A DNA stretch of 64,000 nucleotides from a bacterium (GCA_043807085.1 JAZDGI010000005.1:5816-69815), one strand, 5' to 3'; positions 35,629 to 43,706 are shown, counted from the first letter of the stretch. Numbers and translations: made by a program. Notes: generated by a model from the sequence alone, not told the origin.

Positions 35629-36252
35629 ATGACTAAGATTAACAGGGTTATTAAAACTTTAGTCGCTTCAGACATTTTTTTACAAACGGGTTGGGGGCTG
35701 ATCGGCCCGATTTTCGCCATCTTTTTAATTGGGCAAATTGAGGGAGGAAATTTGAAGATGGTTGGTTTTGTGGCCGCTGTTTATTGGGTTGCCAAATCAA
35801 TCATCCAGCCGTTTATCGCCAGCTGGCTGGACAAAAATCATGGCGAGAAAGATGATTTTGCCTTTTTGGTAGCGGGAATGTATGTTGCCAATTTAATTCC
35901 TTTGGGTTATATTTTTTCTACCCAGCCCTGGCATATTTATGCCTTGGAGTTTGTCCGAGCTTTGGCAATGGCTTGCGTCATACCCACCTGGGCGGGAATA
36001 TTCACCAGGCATATAGACAAGGGCAGAGAAGCCTTTTCCTGGAGCTTGGAAAGCACTGGTATTGGTTTTGCCGCCGGGTTAGCCGGCGCCTCTGGCGCGT
36101 GGCTAGCCAGCATTTTCGGATTTAAAATCGTTTTTGTTTTAGTAAGTATTTTTGGTTTATTGTCCTCCTCTGCCCTTCTTTTGATCAGAAAGAATATTTT
36201 TCAAAAAGACGGCTTTGCCCCGCGCGTGCCGCCCGCCGAAAAACCATTTTAA
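35629..36252 (+). CDS. Half-size (6-TM) MFS-like membrane protein
   Basis: 207 aa, about six predicted TM helices. Its last 13 codons are duplicated at 37211..37249. Confidence 0.6.
   Translation: MTKINRVIKTLVASDIFLQTGWGLIGPIFAIFLIGQIEGGNLKMVGFVAAVYWVAKSIIQPFIASWLDKNHGEKDDFAFLVAGMYVANLIPLGYIFSTQPWHIYALEFVRALAMACVIPTWAGIFTRHIDKGREAFSWSLESTGIGFAAGLAGASGAWLASIFGFKIVFVLVSIFGLLSSSALLLIRKNIFQKDGFAPRVPPAEKPF
36214..36252 (+). repeat. Direct repeat, copy 1 (3' end of the MFS-like gene)
   Basis: TTTGCCCCGCGCGTGCCGCCCGCCGAAAAACCATTTTAA encodes FAPRVPPAEKPF-stop. It matches copy 2 at 33 of 39 nt; the first 20 nt are identical. Confidence 0.9.
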
Positions 36253-36308
36253 TTTAAGCCAAGAATAAATTCTCTTGAAAAGGGCAGTTTTTTTGATATA
36301 ATAAAGAT

Positions 36309-36617
36309 ATGAACAAGGCATTATTGAGAGAAAATAAGTCTTTACCGGACTTTTTTAAGCCGCTTTTGTGGTCTTATAATTTTTCTAAGATTAATTCTGA
36401 AAATCATAAAGAGGCAATTATTGCTAACGCAATTAATTATGGCGATCTTAAGCATTGGCGCTGGATAAATAAAGCTTATGGAAGAAATGCGATTGTCGGT
36501 GTTCTAAAAAATATGCCAGCGACCGGATTAAGACCGAGAGCTCTTCGTCTGGCCTCAATTATTTTTTCTATTAAAAATTTCAAATATGAACCAAGAGGCA
36601 CTAAGCGAGAAAGGTAA
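36309..36617 (+). CDS. Small protein paired with the AbiEii-like nucleotidyltransferase (putative antitoxin partner)
   Basis: 102 aa. It overlaps the downstream NTase gene by 32 nt. The assignment is by operon context only. Confidence 0.45.
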   Translation: MNKALLRENKSLPDFFKPLLWSYNFSKINSENHKEAIIANAINYGDLKHWRWINKAYGRNAIVGVLKNMPATGLRPRALRLASIIFSIKNFKYEPRGTKRER

Positions 36618-37203
36618 GAAAATTTTGTCTGAACTGCGAAATTTCAGCAATTTTTATCTTGCTGGCGGAACGGCTTTGGCTTTGCAAATCGGGCATCGAA
36701 AATCCGCTGACTTTGATTTGTTTTCAGAAAAAAAAATTAGCGGAGGGCTCTTGAGCAAAATTAAAAATGTTTTTCATCAAAATTCGTTTGCGTTATCTGT
36801 TAATAATCCGGACGAGCTGACCGTTTTCATTGATGGCATAAAAATCACTTTTTTAAAATATCCCTTTCGGGTGATTTCAAAATTAGTTGAATATGAAGGA
36901 GTAAACTTATTAAGCATTAAAGAAATTGCCGCCACGAAAGCATATACTGTCGGCAGAAGATGCTCATATAAAGACTATATTGATCTATATTTTATTATTT
37001 CGGAACATCTTTCTGATTTGAATGAAATTATTAAACTAGCCGAGAAAAAATACGGCGGCGAATTTAATTCACGGCTTTTTTTAGAGCAGCTTGTTTATGT
37101 GGAAGATATTAAAGACACCGAAATTATTTTTTTAAAACAAGCAGTCGGCAAAAAAGATGTAGAATCCTTTTTCCAAAAAAAAATCGGGGAAATAAAATTG
37201 TAG
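36586..37203 (+). CDS. Nucleotidyltransferase, AbiEii/AbiGii (DUF1814)-type toxin family
   Basis: 205 aa. NTase signature YLAGGTALALQIGHRKSADFDLF (G[GS]...DxD). Confidence 0.7.
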   Translation: MNQEALSEKGKKILSELRNFSNFYLAGGTALALQIGHRKSADFDLFSEKKISGGLLSKIKNVFHQNSFALSVNNPDELTVFIDGIKITFLKYPFRVISKLVEYEGVNLLSIKEIAATKAYTVGRRCSYKDYIDLYFIISEHLSDLNEIIKLAEKKYGGEFNSRLFLEQLVYVEDIKDTEIIFLKQAVGKKDVESFFQKKIGEIKL

Positions 37204-37210
37204 AAAGCTA

Positions 37211-37249
37211 TTTGCCCCGCGCGTGCCGCCAAGCGAGAAACCGTTTTGA
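37211..37249 (+). repeat. Direct repeat, copy 2 (orphan duplicate of the MFS-like gene 3' end)
   Basis: TTTGCCCCGCGCGTGCCGCCAAGCGAGAAACCGTTTTGA would encode FAPRVPPSEKPF-stop. It lies immediately upstream of the PolX ATG at 37251. Confidence 0.9.
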
Positions 37250-37250
37250 T

Positions 37251-38978
37251 ATGAAGAACCAAGATTTGGCGAAAATATTTTATGGAATAGCGGATTATTT
37301 GGAGATGGATAGGGTGGCTTTTAAGCCCTTTGCCTGGCGAAAAGTTGCCGTTGTTTTGGAGGCAATGAAAGAAGACGTCGGAGAGGTTTACAAAAAAGGA
37401 GGAAGGAAGGCTTTGGAGGAAATTCCGGGGGTTGGGAAAAGCATTGCTGAAAACATAGAAGAATATCTGAAAACAGGCAAGGTCAAATATTATGAAAGAT
37501 TTAAAAAAAGCCTGCCGATAAATTTACCGGAGATGATTGCGGTTGAGGGGTTAGGCCCTAAAAAAGCCAAGGTTCTTTATGAAAGATTGGGAGTGAAAGA
37601 TTTAAAAACATTGGAAAAGGCGGCTAGGGCCCATAAAATCGCTTCTTTATTCGGATTTGGAGAGAAAACTGAAAAGAATATTTTAGAGGGGATTAACTTT
37701 TTGAAAAGAAGCAAGGGGAGATTTTTGCTGGGAGAAATTCTGCCCAAAGCCGGCGAGGTTTTGGAAAAGCTAAGAAGCTTGAAAGAATCGGAAAAGGTGG
37801 ATATGGCCGGTTCTTTGCGGAGAAAGAAAGAAACTATTGGCGATGTTGATTTTCTGGCTATTTCCAGGAAGCCCAAGCCGATAATGGATTTTTTTGTTTC
37901 TTTGCCCGGAGTTGTCAGAGTCTGGGGCAAGGGTTTGACAAAAACGTCGGTAAGAACGGAAGAAGGCTTTGATATGGATATCAGGGTAGTGCCCAAAAGA
38001 AGTTATGGTTCAGCTCTTCAGTATTTTACAGGGTCTGTGGATCATAATATTGCCACGAGAAAAATTGCCATGGACAAGGGACTGAAGCTTTCTGAATACG
38101 GGCTTTTTAAGGGCTCAAAAATGATTGCCGGCGCTAGCGAAGAGGAGATTTATAAAGCTTTGGGCATGGAATGGATTGAGCCGGAAATAAGGGAAAATCA
38201 GGGTGAAATCGCCGTCGCCCAAAACAATCAACTCCCGAAGCTGATTAATTATAAAGATATTAGGGGTGATTTGCACTGCCATTCCGATTGGGCCGGCGGA
38301 AAAAATTCTATTGAAGATCTGTCAGGAGCCGCTCAAAAAATAGGCTATGAATATCTGGGCATAGCCGACCATACAAAGTTTTTGAGGATTGAACACGGGC
38401 TGGATGAAAGAAAATTAGAATTGAGAAATAAGGAAATTGACAAAATAAACGAAAAATTTAAGGTTCAAGGTTCAAGGTTCAAGATATTGAAGGGTTGCGA
38501 GGCGAATATTTTGAACGACGGCTCAATTGATATTAAGGATGATGCCTTGGCGAAGTTAGATTTTGTTATCGCCGGTATTCACTCCTCTTTCAAAATGGCG
38601 AAAGAAAGAATAACAGAAAGAATAATAAGGGCGATGAGAAATCCCAATGTAGATATTATTTCTCATCCGACAGGTCGAATCTTGAAAAAAAGGGATGAAT
38701 ATCAGATTGATTTCAGCAAAATTTTAAGAATCGCCAAGGAAACCGAGACTATTCTGGAGATAAATTCTTATCCTGAAAGATTAGATTTAAACGACCAGAA
38801 TATCAGGCGAGCCAAAGTCGCGGGAGTAAAAATGATTATTAATACCGACGCTCACCGGAAGGATCAGCTGGTACTTATGGAATTGGGCGTTTCCCAGGCC
38901 CGTCGCGGCTGGGCCGAGAAGGAAAACATAATAAATTGCCGGCCATTAGATAAACTATTAAAATTTTTTAAGAAATAA
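37251..38978 (+). CDS. Family X DNA polymerase with C-terminal PHP domain (PolX)
   Basis: The start is set to ATG 37251 (MKNQDLAKIFYGIADYLEM). HhH motifs, catalytic GDVDFL and PHP motifs (GDLHCHSDW, ADHT, NTDAH). The track's TTG at 37212 lies inside repeat copy 2. Confidence 0.92.
   Translation: MKNQDLAKIFYGIADYLEMDRVAFKPFAWRKVAVVLEAMKEDVGEVYKKGGRKALEEIPGVGKSIAENIEEYLKTGKVKYYERFKKSLPINLPEMIAVEGLGPKKAKVLYERLGVKDLKTLEKAARAHKIASLFGFGEKTEKNILEGINFLKRSKGRFLLGEILPKAGEVLEKLRSLKESEKVDMAGSLRRKKETIGDVDFLAISRKPKPIMDFFVSLPGVVRVWGKGLTKTSVRTEEGFDMDIRVVPKRSYGSALQYFTGSVDHNIATRKIAMDKGLKLSEYGLFKGSKMIAGASEEEIYKALGMEWIEPEIRENQGEIAVAQNNQLPKLINYKDIRGDLHCHSDWAGGKNSIEDLSGAAQKIGYEYLGIADHTKFLRIEHGLDERKLELRNKEIDKINEKFKVQGSRFKILKGCEANILNDGSIDIKDDALAKLDFVIAGIHSSFKMAKERITERIIRAMRNPNVDIISHPTGRILKKRDEYQIDFSKILRIAKETETILEINSYPERLDLNDQNIRRAKVAGVKMIINTDAHRKDQLVLMELGVSQARRGWAEKENIINCRPLDKLLKFFKK
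38460..38483 (+). repeat. Heptanucleotide tandem repeat (AAGGTTC x3 + AAG) in frame in PolX
   Basis: Three perfect 7-nt units (21 nt = 7 codons) encode KVQGSRF(K) between PHP motifs. Confidence 0.95.
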
Positions 38979-38982
38979 TTTT

Positions 38983-39426
38983 GTGGAAAAGTCAGCCGGA
39001 GCTGTAATTTTTAGGAAACAAGAGGGTCGAACCATGTTCTTGCTTTTGCATTACCCTTCGGCCTCTCATCGGACCGACAAAGAATACTGGGATTTGCCAA
39101 AAGGGCATATTGAGCCGGGCGAAACCGAGGGAAAGACCGTCTTGCGGGAAGTGCAGGAAGAAACTGGACTTACCGAATTCAAATTTATTCCCAAGTTTAG
39201 AGAAGTCATAAAATACTTTTTTAAGTGGGAAGGGAAAACGATTTTTAAAACTGTGGCTTTTTATCTGCTGGAAACAGAAACCGAAGAAATCAAAATTTCT
39301 CCAGAGCATATTGGCTTTGTTTGGCTGCCATACGAAGAAGCAAAAGAGAGATTGAGCTTTAAAAATGCCAAAGAAATTTTAGAAAAGGCGAATAATTTTT
39401 TTAACAAAAATGCTGCGATTAGTTAA
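38983..39426 (+). CDS. NUDIX hydrolase
   Basis: 147 aa. Nudix box GHIEPGETEGKTVLREVQEETGL. GTG start. Confidence 0.9.
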   Translation: MEKSAGAVIFRKQEGRTMFLLLHYPSASHRTDKEYWDLPKGHIEPGETEGKTVLREVQEETGLTEFKFIPKFREVIKYFFKWEGKTIFKTVAFYLLETETEEIKISPEHIGFVWLPYEEAKERLSFKNAKEILEKANNFFNKNAAIS

Positions 39427-39555
39427 AACTCCGATTCAAAAATAGGGTAAGATAGGGTGCGGATATCTCGGTCTTTAAAAAAAATCAGAAAGATTTTAAT
39501 TATTATAAGGTTAAGGTGAAAAATTTTCTATAGTCTATAGAAAAGGAGTTTCAAA

Positions 39556-39687
39556 ATGTGCGATCATCCGGTTCAGTTAGCCTTTGAGGGGTTTCCGCCG
39601 CCTGAAGAGAAGCAACCGCCCACCGTTATTATAACCCATTCCCCACCAGAGGGAGTTGGAGTAGAGCGCAGAACCCTTGAGATGTGA
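39556..39687 (+). CDS. Candidate 43-aa proline-rich small protein
   Basis: AAAGGAG lies 7 nt upstream of the ATG. Peptide: MCDHPVQLAFEGFPPPEEKQPPTVIITHSPPEGVGVERRTLEM. A 17-nt palindrome (39526..42) precedes it and a strong terminator follows. Below the ORF-track cutoff. Confidence 0.4.
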   Translation: MCDHPVQLAFEGFPPPEEKQPPTVIITHSPPEGVGVERRTLEM

Positions 39688-39711
39688 GATACAGTTCTTA
39701 AAGGCCAAAAA

Positions 39712-39737
39712 GCCGCCATATATATTTATATGGCGGC
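39712..39737. terminator. Bidirectional terminator hairpin (11-bp stem)
   Basis: GCCGCCATATA at 39712..39722 pairs with TATATGGCGGC at 39727..39737, between the small ORF (+) and rplT (-). Confidence 0.75.
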
Positions 39738-39741
39738 CTAT

Positions 39742-40086
39742 CTATTTTATTTTTTCAATAATTTTTCCAAATATCTGCGGATGATTTTTTGCCAGCTCGG
39801 ATAAAATTTTTCTATCCAGGCCAATTTTATTTTTTTTGAGACCGTTAATAAACCGGCTATAAGATAAGCCATGAGTTCTGGAAGCCGCATTAATTTGAAT
39901 TTGCCACAATCTGCGGAAATCTCTTTTTTTTACCTTGCGATCTCGGTAAGAATATTCCCAGGCGTGCTGCAGGGCTTCTTTGGCCGCTTTTAATTTTGAT
40001 TTTCTGCCCCAACGAAAACCTTTGGCCTCTTTTAATAAATGCCTCCGTCTTTTTTGAAAAACTTTTCCGCCTTTTACTCTAGCCAT
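39742..40086 (-). CDS. rplT: 50S ribosomal protein L20
   Basis: 114 aa: MARVKGGKVFQKRRRHLLKEAKGFRWGRKSK... The infC-rpmI-rplT order is conserved. Confidence 0.97.
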   Translation of the reverse strand: MARVKGGKVFQKRRRHLLKEAKGFRWGRKSKLKAAKEALQHAWEYSYRDRKVKKRDFRRLWQIQINAASRTHGLSYSRFINGLKKNKIGLDRKILSELAKNHPQIFGKIIEKIK

Positions 40087-40089
40087 AAA

Positions 40090-40266
40090 TCAGCAAATAA
40101 ATTTTTTTATTATTTTAGCTTCGGACTTTGAAACTAAAACCCATTTGCGCGAGGATCGTATTTTTTGTCCTGTTTTTTTGGCGCGGAAGTGGTTGAGTCC
40201 GGTCGGCCTTCTAAAAATTTTTCCAGTTTTGGTTATCTTGAACCTTTTGGCGATTGAATTTCTCAT
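40090..40266 (-). CDS. rpmI: 50S ribosomal protein L35
   Basis: 58 aa, below the track cutoff: MRNSIAKRFKITKTGKIFRRPTGLNHFRAKKTGQKIRSSRKWVLVSKSEAKIIKKFIC. It fits the L35 pattern and lies between infC and rplT. Confidence 0.9.
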   Translation of the reverse strand: MRNSIAKRFKITKTGKIFRRPTGLNHFRAKKTGQKIRSSRKWVLVSKSEAKIIKKFIC

Positions 40267-40268
40267 TT

Positions 40269-40775
40269 TTATTGTTTGGCGATAATCATTGAGAATCCGC
40301 GCATTTCTCTTTTTAATTCTCTTTCAATTTTTATCGGCACCAGAGCGTTAAGAAAATTTAGGAATTGGCCGATTTTTCCCTTGGCAAATTCTCCCAACCC
40401 CTTTTCCCTCCCGCGCAAAACCATTTCTACTCTCACTTTGTCACCGGCTTTTAAAAATTTCTCCGCCTGACGAGCTCTGGTTTCCATATCGTGCTGGGAT
40501 ATATTGAAAGTTAATCTTATTCCCTTTAGTCCGCCGCTTTTTTTGCCGCCGGGCGACTTTTCTTTCTTTCGGAGCCAGTAAAGGTATTTTCCGTAGTCTG
40601 ATATTTTACAGACCGGCGGTTCTACTTTTTCGGTGACCTGGATCAAATCTAAATTGCGTTCTTTGGCAAGCCGAAGCGCTTCTTGCGCCGCCATGATTCC
40701 CAGCTGTTTGCCGGTTTCATCTATGACTCTTACTGACGCGGCTGTTATTTGATTATTCGCTTTTGGTTTTAGCAA
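40269..40775 (-). CDS. infC: Translation initiation factor IF-3
   Basis: 168 aa. NNQITAASVRVIDETGKQLG plus the C-terminal domain. Non-ATG (TTG) start, as is usual for infC. Confidence 0.93.
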   Translation of the reverse strand: MLKPKANNQITAASVRVIDETGKQLGIMAAQEALRLAKERNLDLIQVTEKVEPPVCKISDYGKYLYWLRKKEKSPGGKKSGGLKGIRLTFNISQHDMETRARQAEKFLKAGDKVRVEMVLRGREKGLGEFAKGKIGQFLNFLNALVPIKIERELKREMRGFSMIIAKQ

Positions 40776-40801
40776 AAATAATTACTAAATAATTATTGCT
40801 G

Positions 40802-41145
40802 TGGAGGTGGTGGGAATTGGACCCACGTCCGAAAAGTTTTTTCAAAATAATTCTACAGGCTTAGTCCGGTTTTAGTAAGTATAGAATTTAAACCGGGCGA
40901 AAGTTCTATGCTTTGAATCCAAATGTTTTTCAATAGTCTTTCTGGATTCAGGAGAGAACTATTTATCTCGCTGATATGACACCTAATTTTGCCTAGCGAG
41001 AATCAGCAAATTAGATGCCGCTTAAGCGTAAACTAAAGCGGGTTTTTGAAATAAGTTGGCACTTATTATTTTTGCCGTTTTTTAAAAGTTCCGGCAACTT
41101 TGCCTGCTTATTTTAATCGGCTCTTCGTCAAGTCCGATCACCCCC
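40802..41145 (-). ncRNA. ssrA: tmRNA (SsrA)
   Basis: 5' GGGGGUGAUCGGACUUGACG... and a 3' tRNA-like end GGACGUGGGUCCAAUUCCCACCACCUCCA. The acceptor stem GGGGGUG/CACCUCC has the G3:U pair. The tag reading frame at 41022..41060 is GCC AAC ... GCT TAA = ANLFQKPALVYA-stop, preceded by AUAAGU (compare E. coli AUAGUC-GCA AAC). Confidence 0.9.
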
Positions 41146-41590
41146 ATTTTTTTAACTCTCTCTCAATTTCTCTTTTTACATCCCTTTTCTTGAATGTCTC
41201 TCTCTTATCGTACTGTTTTTTACCCTTAGCTAATCCGAATTCAAGCTTTATCTTGCCTTTCAAAGTATACACCTTTAGGGGTATTAAAGTCAAGCTTTTT
41301 TCTTGAGATTTGCCGATTAAATATCGTATCTCTTTCTTTTTTAAGAGCAATTTGCGCGATCTCTCCGGATTGTAGTCGCCCGGCGCGTTTTTGGGCTGGT
41401 AAGGAGGGACATTGGCGCCGATCAAAAAAGGTTCGCCGTCTTGGCTGATGATGACATAAGACGCCTGAAGCGAAATCCGGCCATTTTTGATGGATTTTAC
41501 TTCCTGTCCGATTAAGGCTATTCCCGCCTCAAACTTTTCCAGAATTTCGTAGTTAAAATACGCCTTTCTATTTTCCGCTAAGATTTCCAT
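41138..41590 (-). CDS. smpB: SsrA-binding protein SmpB
   Basis: 150 aa. ENRKAYFNYEILEKFEAGIALIGQEVKSI... with a basic C-terminal tail. The last 8 nt overlap the tmRNA 5' end. Confidence 0.95.
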   Translation of the reverse strand: MEILAENRKAYFNYEILEKFEAGIALIGQEVKSIKNGRISLQASYVIISQDGEPFLIGANVPPYQPKNAPGDYNPERSRKLLLKKKEIRYLIGKSQEKSLTLIPLKVYTLKGKIKLEFGLAKGKKQYDKRETFKKRDVKREIERELKKWG

Positions 41591-41704
41591 ATCAGGCAGT
41601 AGAAACTCGACTAAATTTTATTTATTTCGTTGCCGCGGCAGCGGTCGAGTTTTCACTACCTGGCATACTTTAATTTTAGCAGAATTTGAGCTAAACTAAT
41701 AATA

Positions 41705-43375
41705 ATGCTTCGGCAAGAAATTAAAAATTTAGTGGAAAAAGCGGTAAAAGAGCTCTACGGAATAGGGGCTGAAATTAGAATTGACCAGCCGGAAAATGCG
41801 GATTTTGGGGATTATTCCACAAATGTGGCGATGCTACTCAAAAAAAATCCTCAAGAAGTAGCAGGGGCGATAAAATCCCCGATTTTAGAAAAAGTAGAAG
41901 TAAAAAACGGGTTTATCAACTTTTGGGTCAGTCAGAGAGAACTAGAAAAGTTATATTCTGAATATCTAAAAAAAGGCGTGAGATTTTTTCAAAATAAACC
42001 CCAAAAGAAAGAAATAATTGTCATTGAGTATTCTTCTCCAAATATCGCTAAGCCCCTTGGTATTCACCATCTCCGATCAACTATTATCGGTCAGGCGCTG
42101 GTTAATATCTTGCGGTTTATCGGTCATAAAATAATTTCCTTAAGTTTTCCGGGCGATTTTGGCACCCAATTCGGCTTTTTAATTGCCGCCTATAAGCGCT
42201 GGGGCGGCCGCGAGAAACTAAAGAAAAACCCAATTTCCGAAATGCTTAATCTTTATGTCCGTTTTTCGCAGGCGGCTAAAGAAGACCCAAGACTTCTTGA
42301 GGACGGGCGAAGGGAATTTAAAAAACTGGAACAGGGCGATATTGAAAATAAAAAGCTCTGGAAATGGTTTTCAGATGAATCATTGCGGGATTTCGATCGG
42401 GTTTATAAATTGCTTGATGTTAAAATTGAAAATACAATCGGCGAAAGCTTTTATGAGCCGGAATTAAAATCTTTAGTCCAAGACGCTTTAAAAAGAGGCA
42501 TTGCCGAAAAAGGCGAAGATGGCGCGATTGTGATTAAAATTCCAAATAGCGATACTCCGGAGATAATCCAAAAAGCGGACGGAGCCACGATTTATACGAC
42601 CAGAGAATTAGCCGCTATCCGCCATCGCATTAAGAAATGGCAGGCAACAAAAATTTTGTACGCTGCGGCCAACCAGCAAACATTTCATCTTGCCCAGGTT
42701 TTCGGCGCGGCCCAGCGGCTCGGCATTGCCAAGCTTGAGCAGTTGGGCCATATAAAATTTGGCATGATGCTGGGGCCTGGCGGAAAAAAATTCGCTACCC
42801 GAGAAGGCCGATTGATACCAATGGAGGAAGTTTTGAATGAAGCAGTTTTGCGGGCTAGAAAAATTATTGAAGAACTAAATTCTTCTTTAACTGAATTGGA
42901 AAAAGAAAAAATCGCCAAAGAGGTTGGAATTGGAGCGGTAAAATTTTTTGACCTCTCTCACAATCGCTTGTCTGATATTATTTTTGAGTGGGACAACATT
43001 TTAAATTTAAAGGGCTTTGCTTCTCCTTATATCCAATATACTTATGCTCGTTTGGCAAGCATACTAAGGAAAGGTAATTTCAAAAAGAAAACAGGCAGTT
43101 TTGTTATCACTCATCCGTTAGAAAGAAAAATAATATTAATGATTCTCGGTTTTGGTGAAATATTGCAAGAAATCGGTAAAACATATTTTCCAAACCAGCT
43201 GGCGGAATATATTTATAAGTTAAGTAATGAATTAAATGCCTTTTACGAAGTACTGCCCATATTAAAAGCAGAAGCCAAAGAAAGAGAAAGCCGCCTTAAT
43301 CTTATTTTGGGAGCGAAAGAAATTTTAAAAACCGGACTAAATCTTTTAGGCATTTCCGCGCCGGAGAAAATGTGA
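41705..43375 (+). CDS. argS: Arginine--tRNA ligase
   Basis: 556 aa. SSPNIAKPLGIHHLRS (HIGH region) and C-terminal DALR anticodon-binding domain. Confidence 0.95.
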   Translation: MLRQEIKNLVEKAVKELYGIGAEIRIDQPENADFGDYSTNVAMLLKKNPQEVAGAIKSPILEKVEVKNGFINFWVSQRELEKLYSEYLKKGVRFFQNKPQKKEIIVIEYSSPNIAKPLGIHHLRSTIIGQALVNILRFIGHKIISLSFPGDFGTQFGFLIAAYKRWGGREKLKKNPISEMLNLYVRFSQAAKEDPRLLEDGRREFKKLEQGDIENKKLWKWFSDESLRDFDRVYKLLDVKIENTIGESFYEPELKSLVQDALKRGIAEKGEDGAIVIKIPNSDTPEIIQKADGATIYTTRELAAIRHRIKKWQATKILYAAANQQTFHLAQVFGAAQRLGIAKLEQLGHIKFGMMLGPGGKKFATREGRLIPMEEVLNEAVLRARKIIEELNSSLTELEKEKIAKEVGIGAVKFFDLSHNRLSDIIFEWDNILNLKGFASPYIQYTYARLASILRKGNFKKKTGSFVITHPLERKIILMILGFGEILQEIGKTYFPNQLAEYIYKLSNELNAFYEVLPILKAEAKERESRLNLILGAKEILKTGLNLLGISAPEKM

Positions 43376-43454
43376 GATTGACATTTTTTAAAAAATCTTT
43401 TAGTTTAAATAAACCATCGTATTTTTAAAATAAAAAATGGGAAAGGAGATTGGC

Positions 43455-43706
43455 ATGACTGGAAGCGCTAATGAGAGAAAATTTGAGAAGCCCTCTCGGT
43501 TAACGCCAACCGAAAAAAGAATATTGAGTTTGATTGCCCAGAAGATACCGCGGGAAGAAATTGCCAACTCTTTGCATATCTCCCTCAAAGCCGTTGCTAA
43601 AGAACTTCACGCGATCAGGGAAAAATTGGAGATTGGTAGCAGCGGGTTGGCGGTTGATACCGATAAGCGGACGGTCGAGAAGGCCGCCGCCGAAGATATA
43701 ACTTGA
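43455..43706 (+). CDS. Small LuxR/GerE-type HTH protein
   Basis: LTPTEKRILSLIAQKIPREEIANSLHISLKAVAKELHAIREKL. ATG 43455 is preferred (GGAG lies 6 nt upstream); the track start at 43437 is the alternative. Confidence 0.7.
   Translation: MTGSANERKFEKPSRLTPTEKRILSLIAQKIPREEIANSLHISLKAVAKELHAIREKLEIGSSGLAVDTDKRTVEKAAAEDIT

Noticed and set aside
26896-41145. Integrated mobile element next to tRNA-Arg or tmRNA, the classical integration hotspots
   Set aside because: There is no integrase, no duplicated tRNA/tmRNA 3' end, and no compositional island flanking either RNA gene.
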